Positions 22,176 through 35,985 of a stretch of 64,000 bases of DNA are shown here, piece by piece (position 1 is the first letter of the stretch; each line of letters opens with the position of its first letter). The notes under the pieces are model-generated. The model did no database searches and was not told the DNA's origin. It saw nothing but the letters and a program-made list of their open reading frames with translations. The position numbers were made by a program, and so were the translations under genes. The DNA lies in assembly GCA_035084275.1 (NCBI GenBank), contig CM068752.1, positions 13,144,001-13,208,000 of the forward strand, written 5' to 3'. This stretch comes from Hydrolagus colliei. Lineage: Eukaryota.

Positions 22176-25100
22176 AATTTTACCCATGTCGATTTCTCAG
22201 TGTGAAAAAATATTTTCTTGTCCTGCTGCCTTGGGATATCTGAATGTATCCTGGAGTTACATCCTTTGTTTTCTAATATTATAATAATACTACTTGCATT
22301 TGATATAAATAATAATCCTTGCATTTTGATATACCCCTTTCACATCTTCTAGATGTCTCAAAGCGCTTCACAGAATTTATTGTAAAGTGAATTGACTGTA
22401 TATTTTGTGGATGGAACATGGAAGTCAATTGCACACAGCAGTGATTGACAAACAGTCCTTGATTGAGTGACCAATTTATTATATATTGTTCTGAAGGAAT
22501 TAATACTTGGAAAAGGTGATCTGCCAATTGACTAACAACCAGTTTCCTACATACTGCCAGGTATAAAAATACTACTTCCATTTGATATTTCAACTTTACT
22601 GTGTGGTGTAATGACTGTATACTTGAGGAAGGCACAAAGCAATGTTCCACAAATAGTTATGATATGAGTGACTATGTTTTTTATTTGTTTGGTATTGTTG
22701 CCTGGACATGAGGAGAACTCACTTCTCTTTTTGAATAGTGGCAAGGGATCTTCAACGTCTACATAAGGAGGCAGATGCGACCTTGGTTTAACGTCTCACC
22801 TGAAGGACGGCACCTTTAATAATGGAGTGCATTCCCACACTGCACTGGACACCGTTTTTCAATGCTGGAGTCAGGGTTTGTGTCTGATTCACAGGATCCT
22901 GACTGAGTTTGGACAGCAGAGCAATCCTCAGAGAACCATTATGTTACAGACAGGAGAAGCACACAGTTCAGTTCCATGCCCATTCTCAGGAAATGATGGA
23001 AACAACCAACAACAAATTCCATGACAATTATGTGGAATTTTACAAATATCGCAGGCCGCATGTATCAGACTAGCTCACTCTCGCCTGTTGAGTCAGAAGC
23101 CACATGTTTTGAACTTGAACAGTCTAAACTAACACTCCAATGCAGTGCATCAATTTGCATACAACAATGTACTATATTACAAACAACCATGGGGTAAATG
23201 AATGTGATTTTTTTTCTATTTGTGGGAATGTTGCCCAAGACACTGAGATGAACTCCATTCTCTTAATCTCCCTGATCTTAGTCACTTCACAGGGTGTCAC
23301 CAGCAGTTCTCTCTGATCTCTCCTAGCTGTGAAGTTACTGTTTCTTTAATCTTCAGGGTGAGGGTAAATGGCCGAGTGCTTATGCTTAAAACCTCTTTCT
23401 CTTTTAATTGCTTCAGTATTTTTAGGTAAATCATAGAATCGTATCCTTGCCCTTTAAATATTCCTCCTCTTCAAGCATCTATCTAATTCTCTTTCAAAAG
23501 AATCTATGGACTCTGCCTCGACAACAAATTCCACATTCCAACCTCCCCCTGAGTGAAGCATTTTCTTCTAATTTCCCCCAAATCATACTGATTTCTAAAT
23601 TAATTCATTCAGGATGATTGATTTGACTGCCACTAGGCAGTGAGGAGGCGGAAGGGGGAAGGAGATGGAAAATATACACAGTCATATCACTTTACATTAT
23701 ATCCCATGAAATGCTCTGAGAGATTTCAACAGTGCAAGGAGTATTTTTCTACAAAGTAATAGTCCTAGATTACTATCCACTGACTATGGCTAGGAAGTGG
23801 ATAAAATCAGACATATAACCAGGGGACATATGTAGTCTAGATATTCAGAGAAGAAATATAGTCTGAGCTTCTCATTCCTGTCATCTTTATGATTTTGGGT
23901 AGGTTCAAATGAATAAAAATAGCAATGAGCTGAAATGACAGGCAATGGAAATAACAGTGTTTTGTAGAAATAAATGGTCTATTATTAGAAGCCGAAATTA
24001 CAATTCAAAGCAGGAATTATGTGAAGAATGTTGTAATGGTCAGGCGATGGTTACAGATGCATGGTAATAAGTATGTATTTTACTGAAGAACTTTATATGT
24101 GACTAAGGAATTTTATAAATTCCTCTATTCAAAAAGTTGCCGGGGAGTTCTACTATATCTGCTATCCACCTCAGGAGGACACAGTTCTCAAATATATTAA
24201 CAAATGACCAAATGAGGTGGGGGTGGAGGTGGAGGTGTGTGTGGGGGAGTGGGAGGGTAAATGGAGCATTTGGAGTTAAAAGATGTCATAGGTGACATGT
24301 AAGTTGTTGTGATTGAATCAACGCTCTGTGGCGGACTCAATACTGTGTTTCTTGAAGGAAATGGGTCTACAGGATTTCAAATCACTGCTAATACAGACCA
24401 GCCACACCGGCTCATTTGCAGAACAAAGAGGCAGAGGAGACACTGGGGCTGAGCATACCGACTGACTCTGTGGATACCAAATTCAAAGGTTGTTGGTTCA
24501 ATCCCCACTTCGGGACTTTGAATTGATAACAACAACAACTTTTATTTATATAGCACCCTCCACGTCAGACGGCATCTCGGGGCGCTTCACAATAGCGGAT
24601 TCCGGGACCCAGCCAGGGGCAGGGGTAGAAAGGTGACCAAAGGCGCGGTCGAAGAGAAAGGTCTTCAGCTGGGACCTGAAGCTGGGAAAAGAGGGGGCGA
24701 GGCGAAGGGAGTAAGGAAGGGAATTCCAGATTGATATAGTTGAGTTGATACTTCAATACGCTACAAGATTGGAGGTACTGCCCTTTATATGAGATGATAA
24801 ATCAAGGTCACATCTGCTTGTTCAGGTGGACATTAACGATCTCATGGCACTATTCGCAAAGAGGAGAGACTCTCTTTTGGTTTCCTGGCCAATAATTCTC
24901 CAAGTAAAATTGGTCATTCACTCTATGGCTGTTGTGGATTGTTGCTAAGTATAAATTGGGGTGTAAGCAAATCAAGAGAGGTAGTGAGGTGTGCCAGGGC
25001 ATGGAATTATTTCAGGCAAGTGTGAGAATCTTGAAATTGATCCATTCTGCATTATGGAGCCAATGGAGTCAGGCATTACTAGGTGATGGGGGTACAAGAT

Positions 25101-28100
25101 TTTGTGTGGTTGAGGTTATGCATGGCCCAGTTTTGAATTGAATTTATGAATGATAATAATCCTTGCATTTGATATAACACCTTATCACATTTTCGAGCTG
25201 TCTCAAAGCTCTTCACAGCATACAATGTACAGTGGAGTGACTGTATTTTGTGAGCAAAATGCGATAGCCAATTCTGTTAGATATTAACTCACTCATATTT
25301 TTGGGGAGCGAAGAATTACCCCCCGAAAAACGATCCACCCATTCACTTACAACTGGGTACTTAATGCTATCAATGCTACACAAATAAAGGAAAAATACCT
25401 CATGCAACATATTGATGTTATTGCTAATATGTCTCTGTCAGCAATAGAGCAGGGCTTTCTGTGATCAATATATAAACTGATGACTAGCGGGAATTTAACA
25501 TCAAAATGTAAAGCAGCAAGTTATAATGGTAGAAAAAGAAAGAAATCTTTCTTACCAATGACACAGTTCATATGGTTATCTAGTTCCTATAATTTCAGCA
25601 TGATCAAACTTAATCTATTCATGGTGTGCATATCCAGTAGAAATATAAATATAGTATGAGTTACAAATGGCAAAAACAAATTATTCTCAACAAGCAGAAG
25701 TGAGAACATCTGTTTCAGTGCTCACTGACCACAGTGCAACCTCAGTGCATAATTGCACAAATTGTCTCCGGGTCTGTGGTTAGCAGGATTCCAGTAAACA
25801 GCTGATGTGGTAATAAAATGTACGGATTTTAGGCAGGGATATCTGTTCATCCAGTAAAAACACAAATTCCCCAAAAGAACTACCCAATGCAGAGAAAAAT
25901 ATATAATTAAGATTCACAATGCATATGATGAATGTGACCTAATTAATTGGCATATTAATCCAAGTCAGGTAAACAGGTAACAGCTGTATTTGGGTACAGT
26001 AAGTATAAAGATCCATACTTGAATGTTCCACTTTCGAACCTGTTCAGTTACATTACTAACTGGAAAAAAGCTGTAGTAAACCTCATTAACAAGACCCTGG
26101 ATCAATCAGCTATGGCAAATATTTGATACGTTAAGAGAATTATCGTCCGACCTCATCGCAAAAAGCTTGGATAATAATAATAATTCTTGCATTTTGATAT
26201 AGCGACTAACTGTGTGTATTACCAGTATAACCTCATTAATAATAATAAACCTTGCATTTGATAGCCATCTAGATGGCTCAAAGCGCTTCACAGAATATAA
26301 AGTGAATTGACTGTATATTTGTGGATGAAACATGGCACCCAGTTGTGCAAAGCAATGTCCCACAAACGGTCATTGTTTGAAATGACCAATTTATTATTGT
26401 TTTTTTTCAAGGGATTATTACTTATGGAATAAGGAAACTTGCCCAAGGTTTTGGCCTGTTGGGAATTGAACCCAGATCCTGTGGCAGAGATGGAGGAATG
26501 CAGTCCTGGTCAGAATGTAGGGAAGGAAGGAAAGGTGAGGATTGAATCTGATGTCTGGGTTGTGCACAGGTTCAATGAGTCTGGGGAATAGGCTAGGGAG
26601 ATTCAAGAGGTCAGAGTCATCGGTGCGAACACATTGACAGGAGCGAAAAAGGATGGCTTTTGTTTTGTCAACATTCAGCTGAAGAAATGTAATGCTTAAC
26701 CAGCCCTTGATATCTGAAGCAAAAAGACCTGGAGTTGCGATTAGAGGAAGAGAAGTAGATTTGGGTGTAATCTGCATACAGGTGGAAGTTGAGTCATATC
26801 TGCAGAGATGATGATGTGGAGGAGGATGTGGTGGGAGCAAACAACATTAGCAGAGGCATAGATGGATATACTGTCAAGGGGACTGTATTGTTTGGGAGAA
26901 TGTGCAAATCAGATTGCAACAGAGCAATGCTTTAGTGCTACAGTAGTTCTGCATCAACAGATAGCAAATTGAGCTTGCAACACACATATTATTGGGGTGG
27001 TGATCTGAAGTGGGAGATGAGAAATCATCCCTGTGATTCTCAACTAACATTGAATCATCCCAAGATGCTTAAATGTCAGTTGGGAATCATAGGGATGCAA
27101 CTGGGCTCTTCCATTCACAGAGGAAACAGCAGAGGCCTGGTAATTTATTTGTTTTAGGGATTTACAGAACTAGAAAAGTTGTCCTTCTGACCCCCAAATA
27201 AAGCAAAAAATATATAAATAACCTGACATATCAATCAGAATGCTCATTTTTTTCTTTTGTCAAATAATTATCTAACTTCCTCTTGAATTTGCTACACAAT
27301 CTATTATGTACTGTATTCAGTTTTGTGGAGAGTCTAGAGAGGCTGGGATTATTCTCCTTAGAAGTTACTGAGAGATTTAACAGAGGTGTTCCAAATTTTT
27401 ACCCATTTGAGTTGTTACCATCTGGGATGCACTTGCCTGAAAGGGTGATGGATGTAGATTTGATAATAGCTTTTAAAAGGGAATTGGACAGGTAGGTAAA
27501 AAGGAAAAAAAAATTGCAGGGCTCCATAAGAGTAAGAGTGGGGAAGTATGACTAGTTGGATAGCTCTTTCAAAGAACACAGACACAATGGGCTAAATGGC
27601 CTCCTTCTGCCTAAATGTTAATTGAGAATCATTGGGATCATTCCTTGTGCCCTACTCCCAAGTCTCCAATCCAACATCCTGTAGTGTATTGGTTGGAGCA
27701 CTCCCCCTCGCCACCAAGAGGATCCTGCTTCAAGTAGGAACTGGGTTGTTAGTCAATTTGTTGATTGCTTTCTGGGGGCTAATAATCCCATCAAAAATAA
27801 TTATAATTTAATCAATCAATCCACGTTTGTTTGTGGGACACTGCTGTGTGCATTTGCACCACAAAATATACAGTCAATTCACTTCACAGTATATTCGTGC
27901 AGCACTTTGAGATATCTTGATGATATGATAAGACACTATATCAAATGGTAGGATTATTATTGTATGACTATTATTATTCTCTTTACGTAAAGTAATTTAA
28001 ATGTGAACTGTGTTTGTTATTCTGATGTCAAATCCATTCTGGTTAATATGACAAACATATTGCATAACATTGCTTACAATAAAGCATAGAATCAGGCTAT

Positions 28101-28547
28101 GCAGCCCATTCTATGATTCTACTGGGGAGAGAGCCAGAGAGTGGGATTGACTTTGAATAGCTCTTTTCAAAGAGCCGGTACAGACTTGATATGCCTTTTC
28201 TGCTGTAAAATTCTATGATTCTATGATCTAGTCTATGATGGTGTTTATACTCCACATGAGCCTCCACTATTCCAGGTTTATTATCTGAATCCTTTAGGAT
28301 CTCGAATACTTCAATAGCATCTCCACTGAGCCTTCTCTTGACCAGTGTGAACATTTCTCATTTTTGAGGCATCTTCTCCCAATTTCTACATATTCAGGAA
28401 CTATCTACATTTCCCAAATGAAGGTCTGTTAATGGACACCTTGTCCGTTTCTTGGCTGGGCATGGTATATGGGGTACACATTGTAAGAGCCTATAATTGA
28501 AAATACAGAAATGTCTCAATTGGGAACATTTTAAACCAAATACTCAC

Positions 28548-28826
28548 ATTGGACATCAACCTCTACCTCTGTGGCGATGTTGTTTCCTAGAAAATTCGCT
28601 GCCAAGCACGTGTAGAAACCGGAATCTAACCTGGATATCTTATGGAACAACATGACATTGCTTGTGGTATCTAAGATCTCTGTGTTCTCTGTGATTTTAT
28701 CTTTTTTGTACCACGTGTAATTGGATTCAGGGTAACTGTTACTCGCACAAGCCAGGGTCACACAATTCCCTTCTTTGATTTCTTCCTGCGTTCCATTCAC
28801 TAAAACCATTGTATTTTTGGGAGAGT
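28548..28826 (-). CDS. Siglec-like receptor, Ig C2 domain 2 exon
   Basis: ctgcttgcAG|AC acceptor, CAA T|GTGAG donor; 279 nt, phase 1-1. Encodes YSPKNT..EGNCVTLACASNSYPESNYTWYK..DSGFYTCLAANFLG..VDVQ. Confidence 0.93.
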
Positions 28827-29764
28827 CTGCAAGCAGAAAGATAGGATATCAATGTGTCAGTTATCTAGACATTTGAAAGTTGAAATTCTGCTGACATGGA
28901 TATCATTTCTGTAAAGTTGTCTGGATGGTGGTGACGCAAATATTTTTTATTGTTAAAATATATATACAATTTACTTTCATGTCAGGAGTAAGTCTCAAAG
29001 TACTCGGCAATGCTGGATGGGCACCTGAATTAGGGGTGGGAACCGAGAGATCAGGGAGGGGTTAGATGACATCTTGGTCAAAGAGCTACATCTTGAAATG
29101 TTATGTTAATGTGAGAAACCCACAATTTGTGAGTGTTAGTTTCTGGCAGGTACACAGAATAATGGAGTATGCAGCTGCAACTCATCAAAGGTGTAACTGT
29201 TCCTGGTCAGCTTTATGAAGTCAATAGCGTATATATGCTTTTACTGTATATTGCTTTGCATAAGTTATACACAGGTACCGTATCCTGAAAAAATAAGTGC
29301 TTGTTCCTCATAGGAATGATCAATGATATTTAAAAATCACAGTTCTCATTTACTGTCCAAATTGCGTGGCATATCTTAATTGATGCAGGTGTTTATTATG
29401 GATTTCGACCTAATTAAAGTGTCTAATTCAAGAATGCAGGAGCAGATTAAATGAAGAATTCTTTCAGAGTATTTTCAGAAGAAATATGATTAGTTGAATG
29501 GCCTGCACCATGCTGTAAAATTCACAGTCAATCAGAGAGTGTTGAAAGGTGGAGGTGAGTTAAAGACATTAGAAGATACATGGATTGCAGAAGGATCATT
29601 GGGTACATTAACAACAACAACACTTGTATAAGAATGTAAAAATTAGGAGCAGGGTTAGGCCATTCAGCCGCTCGAGCCTGCCCCGGCATTCAATAAGATT
29701 ATGGTTTATCTATTCTAACTCCATCTGCCTGCTTTATCCCCATAATCCCTTTATTTGCCTTTAT

Positions 29765-30500
29765 CCTCCCAAGGGGGCAGGCAGGTTGGTATAACGCCTT
29801 TCACATCTGGAGGACATCCCAAGGTATTGGACAGTTACTGCTTCAGACCCGAGCTGAGGACGGGGATGGTGAGGGAGGGAAGAGGGTGGGGGATTAGGAG
29901 TTGCTGATGGGTCCATCGAAGAGGAGAGTCTTGAGGCGAGACTTGAAGGCGGCCAGGGAGGGGGCGAGGCAGAGGGACTGCGGAATGGAGTTCCAGAGAT
30001 TGGGGGCAGAGTGGCTGAAGGCTCGGGGGACATGGAGCAGGCCAGGGCTCACTGAGTGGAGCGGGCAGGTAGGTTGGTAAGGTCACAGATAGAGGATGGG
30101 GCGAGGTTGTGGAGGGCTTTAAATGTGAGGAATGGATCTTGAATTGGATTCTTTGGATCCAATGGAGTTGGGCAAGGATGGGGGAGATGGGGTCATGGAG
30201 TTTGGAACGGTCGAGGACAGGGACCGCAGAGATCTGGATTATCTGCAGACTGTGGAGGGACGAATCAGGAAGGCTGACCAGCAGGATATTTGCATAATCT
30301 AGCCGGGATGTAATGAAGGCGTGGATGTGGGTTTCAGTTGGCTTTGGGGGTGAGGTAGTGGTGGAGTCGGGCAATGTTGCGGAGATGGGGAAAGGCAGAG
30401 CGAGTCATATATGTGGGGGAGGAAAGACAGTTGAGGGTCAAACAACACACCTAGGTTCCTGAATGGCTTGGTGAGGTTGAGTGTGCAACCATGGAGGTTG
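29765..30500 (-). mobile_element. L2 3' fragment
   Basis: IHAFITSRLDYANILL..LHSLQIIQ..ILAQLHW.QRIQFKI motifs plus L2 tail. Confidence 0.88.
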
Positions 30501-31848
30501 ATGCTGCCATTAAGCCCTCTTTATACACAGTCCATGTAATCCTACTCTACCACAAACATTACTGGGGATGAGAGGTTTCATTTATGGCAGGGCTGGGGTC
30601 ATGGTAGCATTTTTTTTATGACTATGAAAGGTAATGGCAGGGTACATAGCAATAGATTATTTTCCCTGGTTTATGGAGAGGTAAAATCTGAATTATTTGA
30701 TCACATAGTCAATCACCATATAATCACACAATTGCATCCCATTTTAGGTTATTTTATTTTCTCTTCCTATTGTCTCTTATCTACATCACCCCCAAACTAT
30801 AGTGCACCATGGTTGACCCAGTAGCTCAGAGATCCCCGAGAGGAACCTAGATGCCTGACAACTATCACATGCCGCTACAGCTGTGCACTCATTGGGCTCA
30901 CTACTGGCACAAACCTACTTCTTATCACTCTGTTACCTGGAAAGTTACGGTGGCGTTGCTCCACAAACCGTAGAAGAAATGTAATGGGAAACTATAGAGC
31001 TTTCCCTTTTGTAAGGCATTGTATTTACATTTGATGCAAATTGTATTTACATTTGATGCAATTTGGTAGATTTTAGTCCTACTTTTCAAACTTCTGAACA
31101 AATCTCTCGGACCCTCCTGTCTCAGCAAACAGGTTTTGAATCCTTTTAGTGTGTTTGCTTCACTGGGTTTCCCAGTAACTTGTGACATCTATTAATTTTT
31201 GCGTAAAATATTCGATTTGTTTAGTTTTTAAATTTGAATGTTAGGTTTCTTTCTCCTTGGCAGCTCTTCCCTGATGTTTTGCAGAGGTTGTTGGCTATCC
31301 CACCACCGAATCATGCTCTACCATGGCCTGCGCTCTTTGCTTCCCCTTCAGATGGTCTTATTTATTTTATTCTTGCTTTATATTCCATTGCCAGAGCAGA
31401 GGGATTGCGACAAAATGTAGCTCTTTAGAGCAATCAGTCTTCACATTTAGAAACCTTGTTGGATTCTGGTTTATTGTGTGTGTTATCACGTTTCATGATT
31501 TACTGTGAAGGCACTGGAAGATCGGATGCCAAAAATTGTTTGGGGTCAGTTTGCTACCAGGAAACTCTTTTCATTAAGGTTTTGTAATGCCAACAAAACC
31601 CTGCAATGAACAAGTCTGCAATGATCAAATAGCATCAGATGCAGTCTGCAATATTTCCCTTACTTTTCATCCAGTCTACTGCTGCAGAACATGTGTCTGT
31701 GGGACTGATCATAAGTTTGTGTATGGGTCCCTATACGTGAATGCATCTCTCCATTATATCTTCTATTACAATTCTGCTTCAATAATATGCCTCGATATGT
31801 GAATGTCAAATTTGGGTTATTTGAAAGCAATCTTAGCCAATAACTTAC

Positions 31849-32157
31849 ATTTCACCTGCAGCGTGACATTCGTATCTTCTGAATAAGGGAACGGGATGTA
31901 GTCAACAGCACATTTGATCATTTTTTGATGGTGCTGGTATGATGGGATGAAATTGACCTTACTGATGACTGTCCAGGTAGATCCGGACAATTGTTCATCA
32001 ATGACCGGTGAATCGTCTGTCAAATCGGAGATGCCCTCCCAGCTGAGGCGGACTCTGCTACGGTGATCAACGTTGGAAGTGGAACAGGTGATGGTGCTCA
32101 TCTCATCGCTTTCAAGCAGTTCCATTGGGATGGATATCTCTGGCTTTGTTGGTTGAC
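31849..32157 (-). CDS. Siglec-like receptor, Ig C2 domain 1 exon
   Basis: ttccaaatAG|GT acceptor, AAA T|GTAAG donor; 309 nt, phase 1-1; follows an 81-nt intron. Encodes GQPTKPEI..TITCS..LSW..SKVNFIPSYQHHQKMIKCAV..VTLQVK, resembling Siglec domain 2. Confidence 0.93.
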
Positions 32158-32238
32158 CTATTTGGAAAAGGAAATAGGTGCCTTTAGTCAATAAATTAAC
32201 AAACTACGTTCAAAGAAAAGACAAAGAGAAGGAGTTAC

Positions 32239-32601
32239 CATAAACTGAGACTTTGACGCCGTGATCTCCTGACCAGTTGTTGCCCTGGCCCATTTCAAAC
32301 CTGAAGTAGTAAATCCCACTGTCAACTTTGTTAATGTTGGTTATCTGAAGGGAGCAGTTCTTCTCAGACAGATTCCCCACCAGTGTTATGTCAGGCGAGA
32401 GCCTCTTGGTATTCCTGCTGTTGTATATTTCGGCGGCTTGAATGTTATTGGGAAAAGGAGAGTTCTTCAGCCATCTGGCAGTTATCTCTAGGGTATCTTG
32501 GACTGTTTCTGGGTACTCGAAGGAACAGTTCAAAAGCACAGTTTCTCCTTCCCAAGCAGACACGGACGTATCAACCCAGACAGACCACTGGCAGACTGAC
32601 C
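32239..32601 (-). CDS. Siglec-like receptor, V-set Ig exon (first coding exon found)
   Basis: cctgcAG|GG acceptor and TAT G|GTAAC donor; 363 nt, phase 1-1. Encodes SVCQWSVW..WEGETVLLNCSF..ARWLK..GNLSEKNCSLQI..DSGIYYFRFE..NNWS. B/E-strand Cys pair, F-strand Arg (codon 32300-32302) and A/G-strand Trp are typical of Siglec V-set domains. Confidence 0.93.
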
Positions 32602-33804
32602 CTGCAGGACGAGAGACATGCATATCAGTAGTTGTTATTACATCTATAGACAGAAGTAAGTGAGTTAACGTTTCAGGTCGATGACCTTTCATCAAAACTG
32701 AGAGATGTTGGAAGGCAGTAGTTTATAAGGACGAACAGAGAAGGGGGCAGAGAAAGGAAGGCAAAGGAAAAATTTAGGTGGAGGACAGGAAATGATGAGA
32801 TCACAATATCCTCTCTCTATAAATGCCACCTGACCTTCTAAGTGTTCCCAGCAACTTCTGTTTTTATTCATTTCATGGTTATGTGTGGGATATTTGTTCT
32901 GCATTTTCCATAGTCACCATACTTCACAGCAATTACCTATGAAGTATTTTGAGTTGTTTCAGAATGATAGATGCTGTATCAAATACCATAATTATTCTTA
33001 TCAATATTTTACATTTGATGCAATATTGACGGCTCATTTGATTGAAGGTTATGAATCCCAGTCATTCTTTTGAGGTTGATAAAATCCTTTGGGGGAGGAA
33101 AGTGTTCCTGGGATTAAACATGCAAAAATGCAACAAGGTCTTAAGGTCTGGACAAAGCCAGGCAGCTCTGCAATAATCTGCACTGTTGTGATTCATCCAT
33201 AGAAATATTAAAAGTACTTGCATGTTTCTAGCACTTTATATGTCAAAAGACTCAAAATAATTATCGTCAAGCGCAGTCAATTTATTCTGTGGACAAATAC
33301 AGCAGCAATTTTGAGCACAAAGAGGGGTTGCACAACAACAACTTGCATTTATAAAGTACCCTTCACACCAGATGGTCTCAGAATGCTTAACAATGGCGAA
33401 ACCCAATTCTGAGCCCCAACAGCCATGAGGTGAATAATTAATGAAGTGTTGACCATACAGCAATAATAACAATGAAATTACATTAGTAAAATGTCTTTTA
33501 CGTTGGGAGGAGGTCCCATTGCCACTGGACCAACAGTATTCCAACAGTATTCCAATATCCAACTATATATAAATTACAGCACCTTGGGACGTCCTCCCAA
33601 CATGAAAGGTGCTATACATATGTAATTTTGTTGTTCTGTTGTATAAGCGCTTAGCTTTTTTTTAATTTGAACTGATATTCCATTCAGATGGGAAGCTAGC
33701 AAAATACAATGCCACCCATTGGGCAAGTCCAAATGCCCTGGGTACAGTGTTGCCACACTTATAGTTAGTTCTCATGCCCAATGTCCTTATGGTATGCTGG
33801 AATG

Positions 33805-33925
33805 TACAGGAAATGCCACTGACACCACTTCCTGCGCTCTGTGCTTGTATATGCACACATGAAGAAAGTGGAATCAGAAATGCTTCTTGCAAATACCGTA
33901 AACACGCAGCAGCAGGAAGTGACAT
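33805..33925. promoter_or_regulatory. Cluster of ETS-type motifs upstream of the Siglec V-set exon (candidate promoter/enhancer)
   Basis: CAGGAAAT (33807), CACTTCCTG (33826) and CAGGAAGTG (33913) in ~115 bp of non-repetitive sequence. Function is inferred only. Confidence 0.3.
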
Positions 33926-34639
33926 TAGTGGTGACCTGACGACCCAAGTCAGCTTTTTGGTACTGCAATTATAATGTGGCCTCTGAGATATTGGAATATT
34001 ATAACAAGATTGCCATGCAATTGTCTTCACAATTGTAGCTTCTGGTTTAAGTGAATCTTTAGAGCCTTTACGGTATAAATGCCAGTTACATTCTAAAATA
34101 TTTTCCTAAGAATATTATTTCCTAGGAAAGCAAAAAATAAATTAAATTGTTTAAATGTCAGTATAATATGTATATTTACTCTCCTCCCGACAATGTAATT
34201 ATCAAGAAATCAAGATGAAGTGTGTTAATGTATATGTGTCCAACCTCCTAATCCCATATCAGGCTATCCACTCCCTACATTCGGCAGACACTGGCTTACT
34301 TCAGGTCCCACACACTTCCTGCTACATCATTGGTGAGTGGGCATTCAGCTTCTCTGTCCCTACACTACACTCTGGAATTCTATCTTTCAATCCTTCCATC
34401 TCACTCCCTCTCTTTCGCCTTTCAAGTCCTGGCTAAAGGCATTCATCTTCATACGTGTCTTCGGCCAACTCCCACTCCCACCCACCCCACTCTGTCCTTT
34501 ACTCCTCCACCCCTCCAGACCTCCAACTCCAAGCTCAGGTCCAAAATACCCTGACTGCCAAGCGCCCAGGGATATCTTTCCAACATTAGTGGCGCTTTAC
34601 AGCTGTAATTTGTTGTTCTTCTGAGCCTAGGCATTGCAT

Positions 34640-34880
34640 GTTGGCTGGTTATTCGATTGCAGAGGACATCACAGCTGAGTCTGATCCTGTCCATCCATGA
34701 ACATACATGCGCTTTCCAGCAGGGGTCTCTGGACAGGGATCAGCAGAAGGACATCTGGCTGATTCTCCCCTCTCTAACCCAAGAGCACTGAAGCTAATTG
34801 TATCCTCCACTGAGGTCAACCTGGCGTAGACCAGGGATCGAACCATGACCTCTGTTTATGACCACTTAACACATCCGTAC
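34640..34880 (-). mobile_element. Fragment of another SINE-like family
   Basis: ..gaagctaattgtatcctccactgaggtcaacctggcgtagaccagggatcgaacc reads as a reverse-complement B-box head. A related piece lies at ~4560-4680. Confidence 0.5.
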
Positions 34881-34919
34881 AATCAGTTGATGCTTGAAGA
34901 ACATCAGATACTCGAGTTA

Positions 34920-35232
34920 AAGCTCAGAGATAATGGTGGTAAAGGGTGGAGCCTTACCCTGAATGAGACACGCAAGCAGCAGTGCCAGGATGCAGTGAGA
35001 GGCACTCATTGTGCGGATTACAGCCTGGAGAGAACGTGGAGAGAAGAGCGGAGAACAATCAGACACATTAATACCTGCACAATGAGCTGTGAACAATGAG
35101 TCACTGTTCACACACACACACACACGCACAGTATTGAAACTGGGCTGCATTTGTTTAGCAGGAACTGCTCTGTAAACTCCTACATCTGTGGACTGAGACA
35201 CTGGCCATTCATTGTCCTCTCGCACATTAACA
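34920..35232. repeat. Unclassified ~310-bp dispersed repeat, copy B
   Basis: aagctcagagataatggtggtaaagggtggagcc...cattgtcctctcgcacattaac; matches 2589-2893. Confidence 0.9.
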
Positions 35233-35669
35233 GAGTTCTATAATGGTTTGCAAGATGGATTACAATATATAGATTTTTTACAAATCTGAATTTTCTGTTT
35301 TATTATTACGAATTAAACATTGTTATTACTGTCAAAACTATAATCAGCTGTGCATCATTTCAAAATAGATGGGAATCAAAGGACAGTAAAAGTTATATTT
35401 TTAAAACAGAATCTGTGATTATCAGTGCAGCGTGGAGTGTTTATCAGGTTGGCATCCTCACAGAGAGGAACATATAATTGTGTCATATATAAGTGTAATT
35501 GAGCAAGTAGCCAAATAATACTTTGAGATACATGAAGACTGTATGACAAGAGAGCAGAGTGCACGTAGAGTACGTAGAGAAAAGCAAGTTAAGGACTCAT
35601 GCTGGAAATATTTCTTTACTCAGATTACAATCCAGAGCTGCAACGATTTACCAGAATTTAGAGACTCAT

Positions 35670-35985
35670 TTGTGGAGTCCTGTATCTGTCTCACTCACAC
35701 TTCTGTAGCTCAGTGATTAGAGCACTTGCCTTACAAGGGAGAGACCTGGGTGTGAATCCAGGCAGGCCAAAACCTGGGCAAATTTCCTTACTTCACATGC
35801 CTGATAATAATCCCTCAAGAAAAAAAATAATAAATCGGTTATTTCAATCCATGATTGTTAGTGGGACATTGCTGTGTGCAATTGGCTGCCACGTTTCACC
35901 CACATATATACAGTCAACACACTGAACAGTATAATTTGTAAAGCACTTTGAGACATCTAGTAGACATCAAATGCAAGGATTATTG
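35670..35985 (+). mobile_element. Composite tRNA SINE
   Basis: tgtagctcagtgattagagcacttgccttacaagggagagacctggg head, core and tail. Confidence 0.85.

Noticed and set aside
30925-31188. ORF ending ..WSNATVTFQV as a possible extra Ig exon
   Set aside because: No Ig Cys/Trp pattern, and the donor is phase 0 rather than phase 1.
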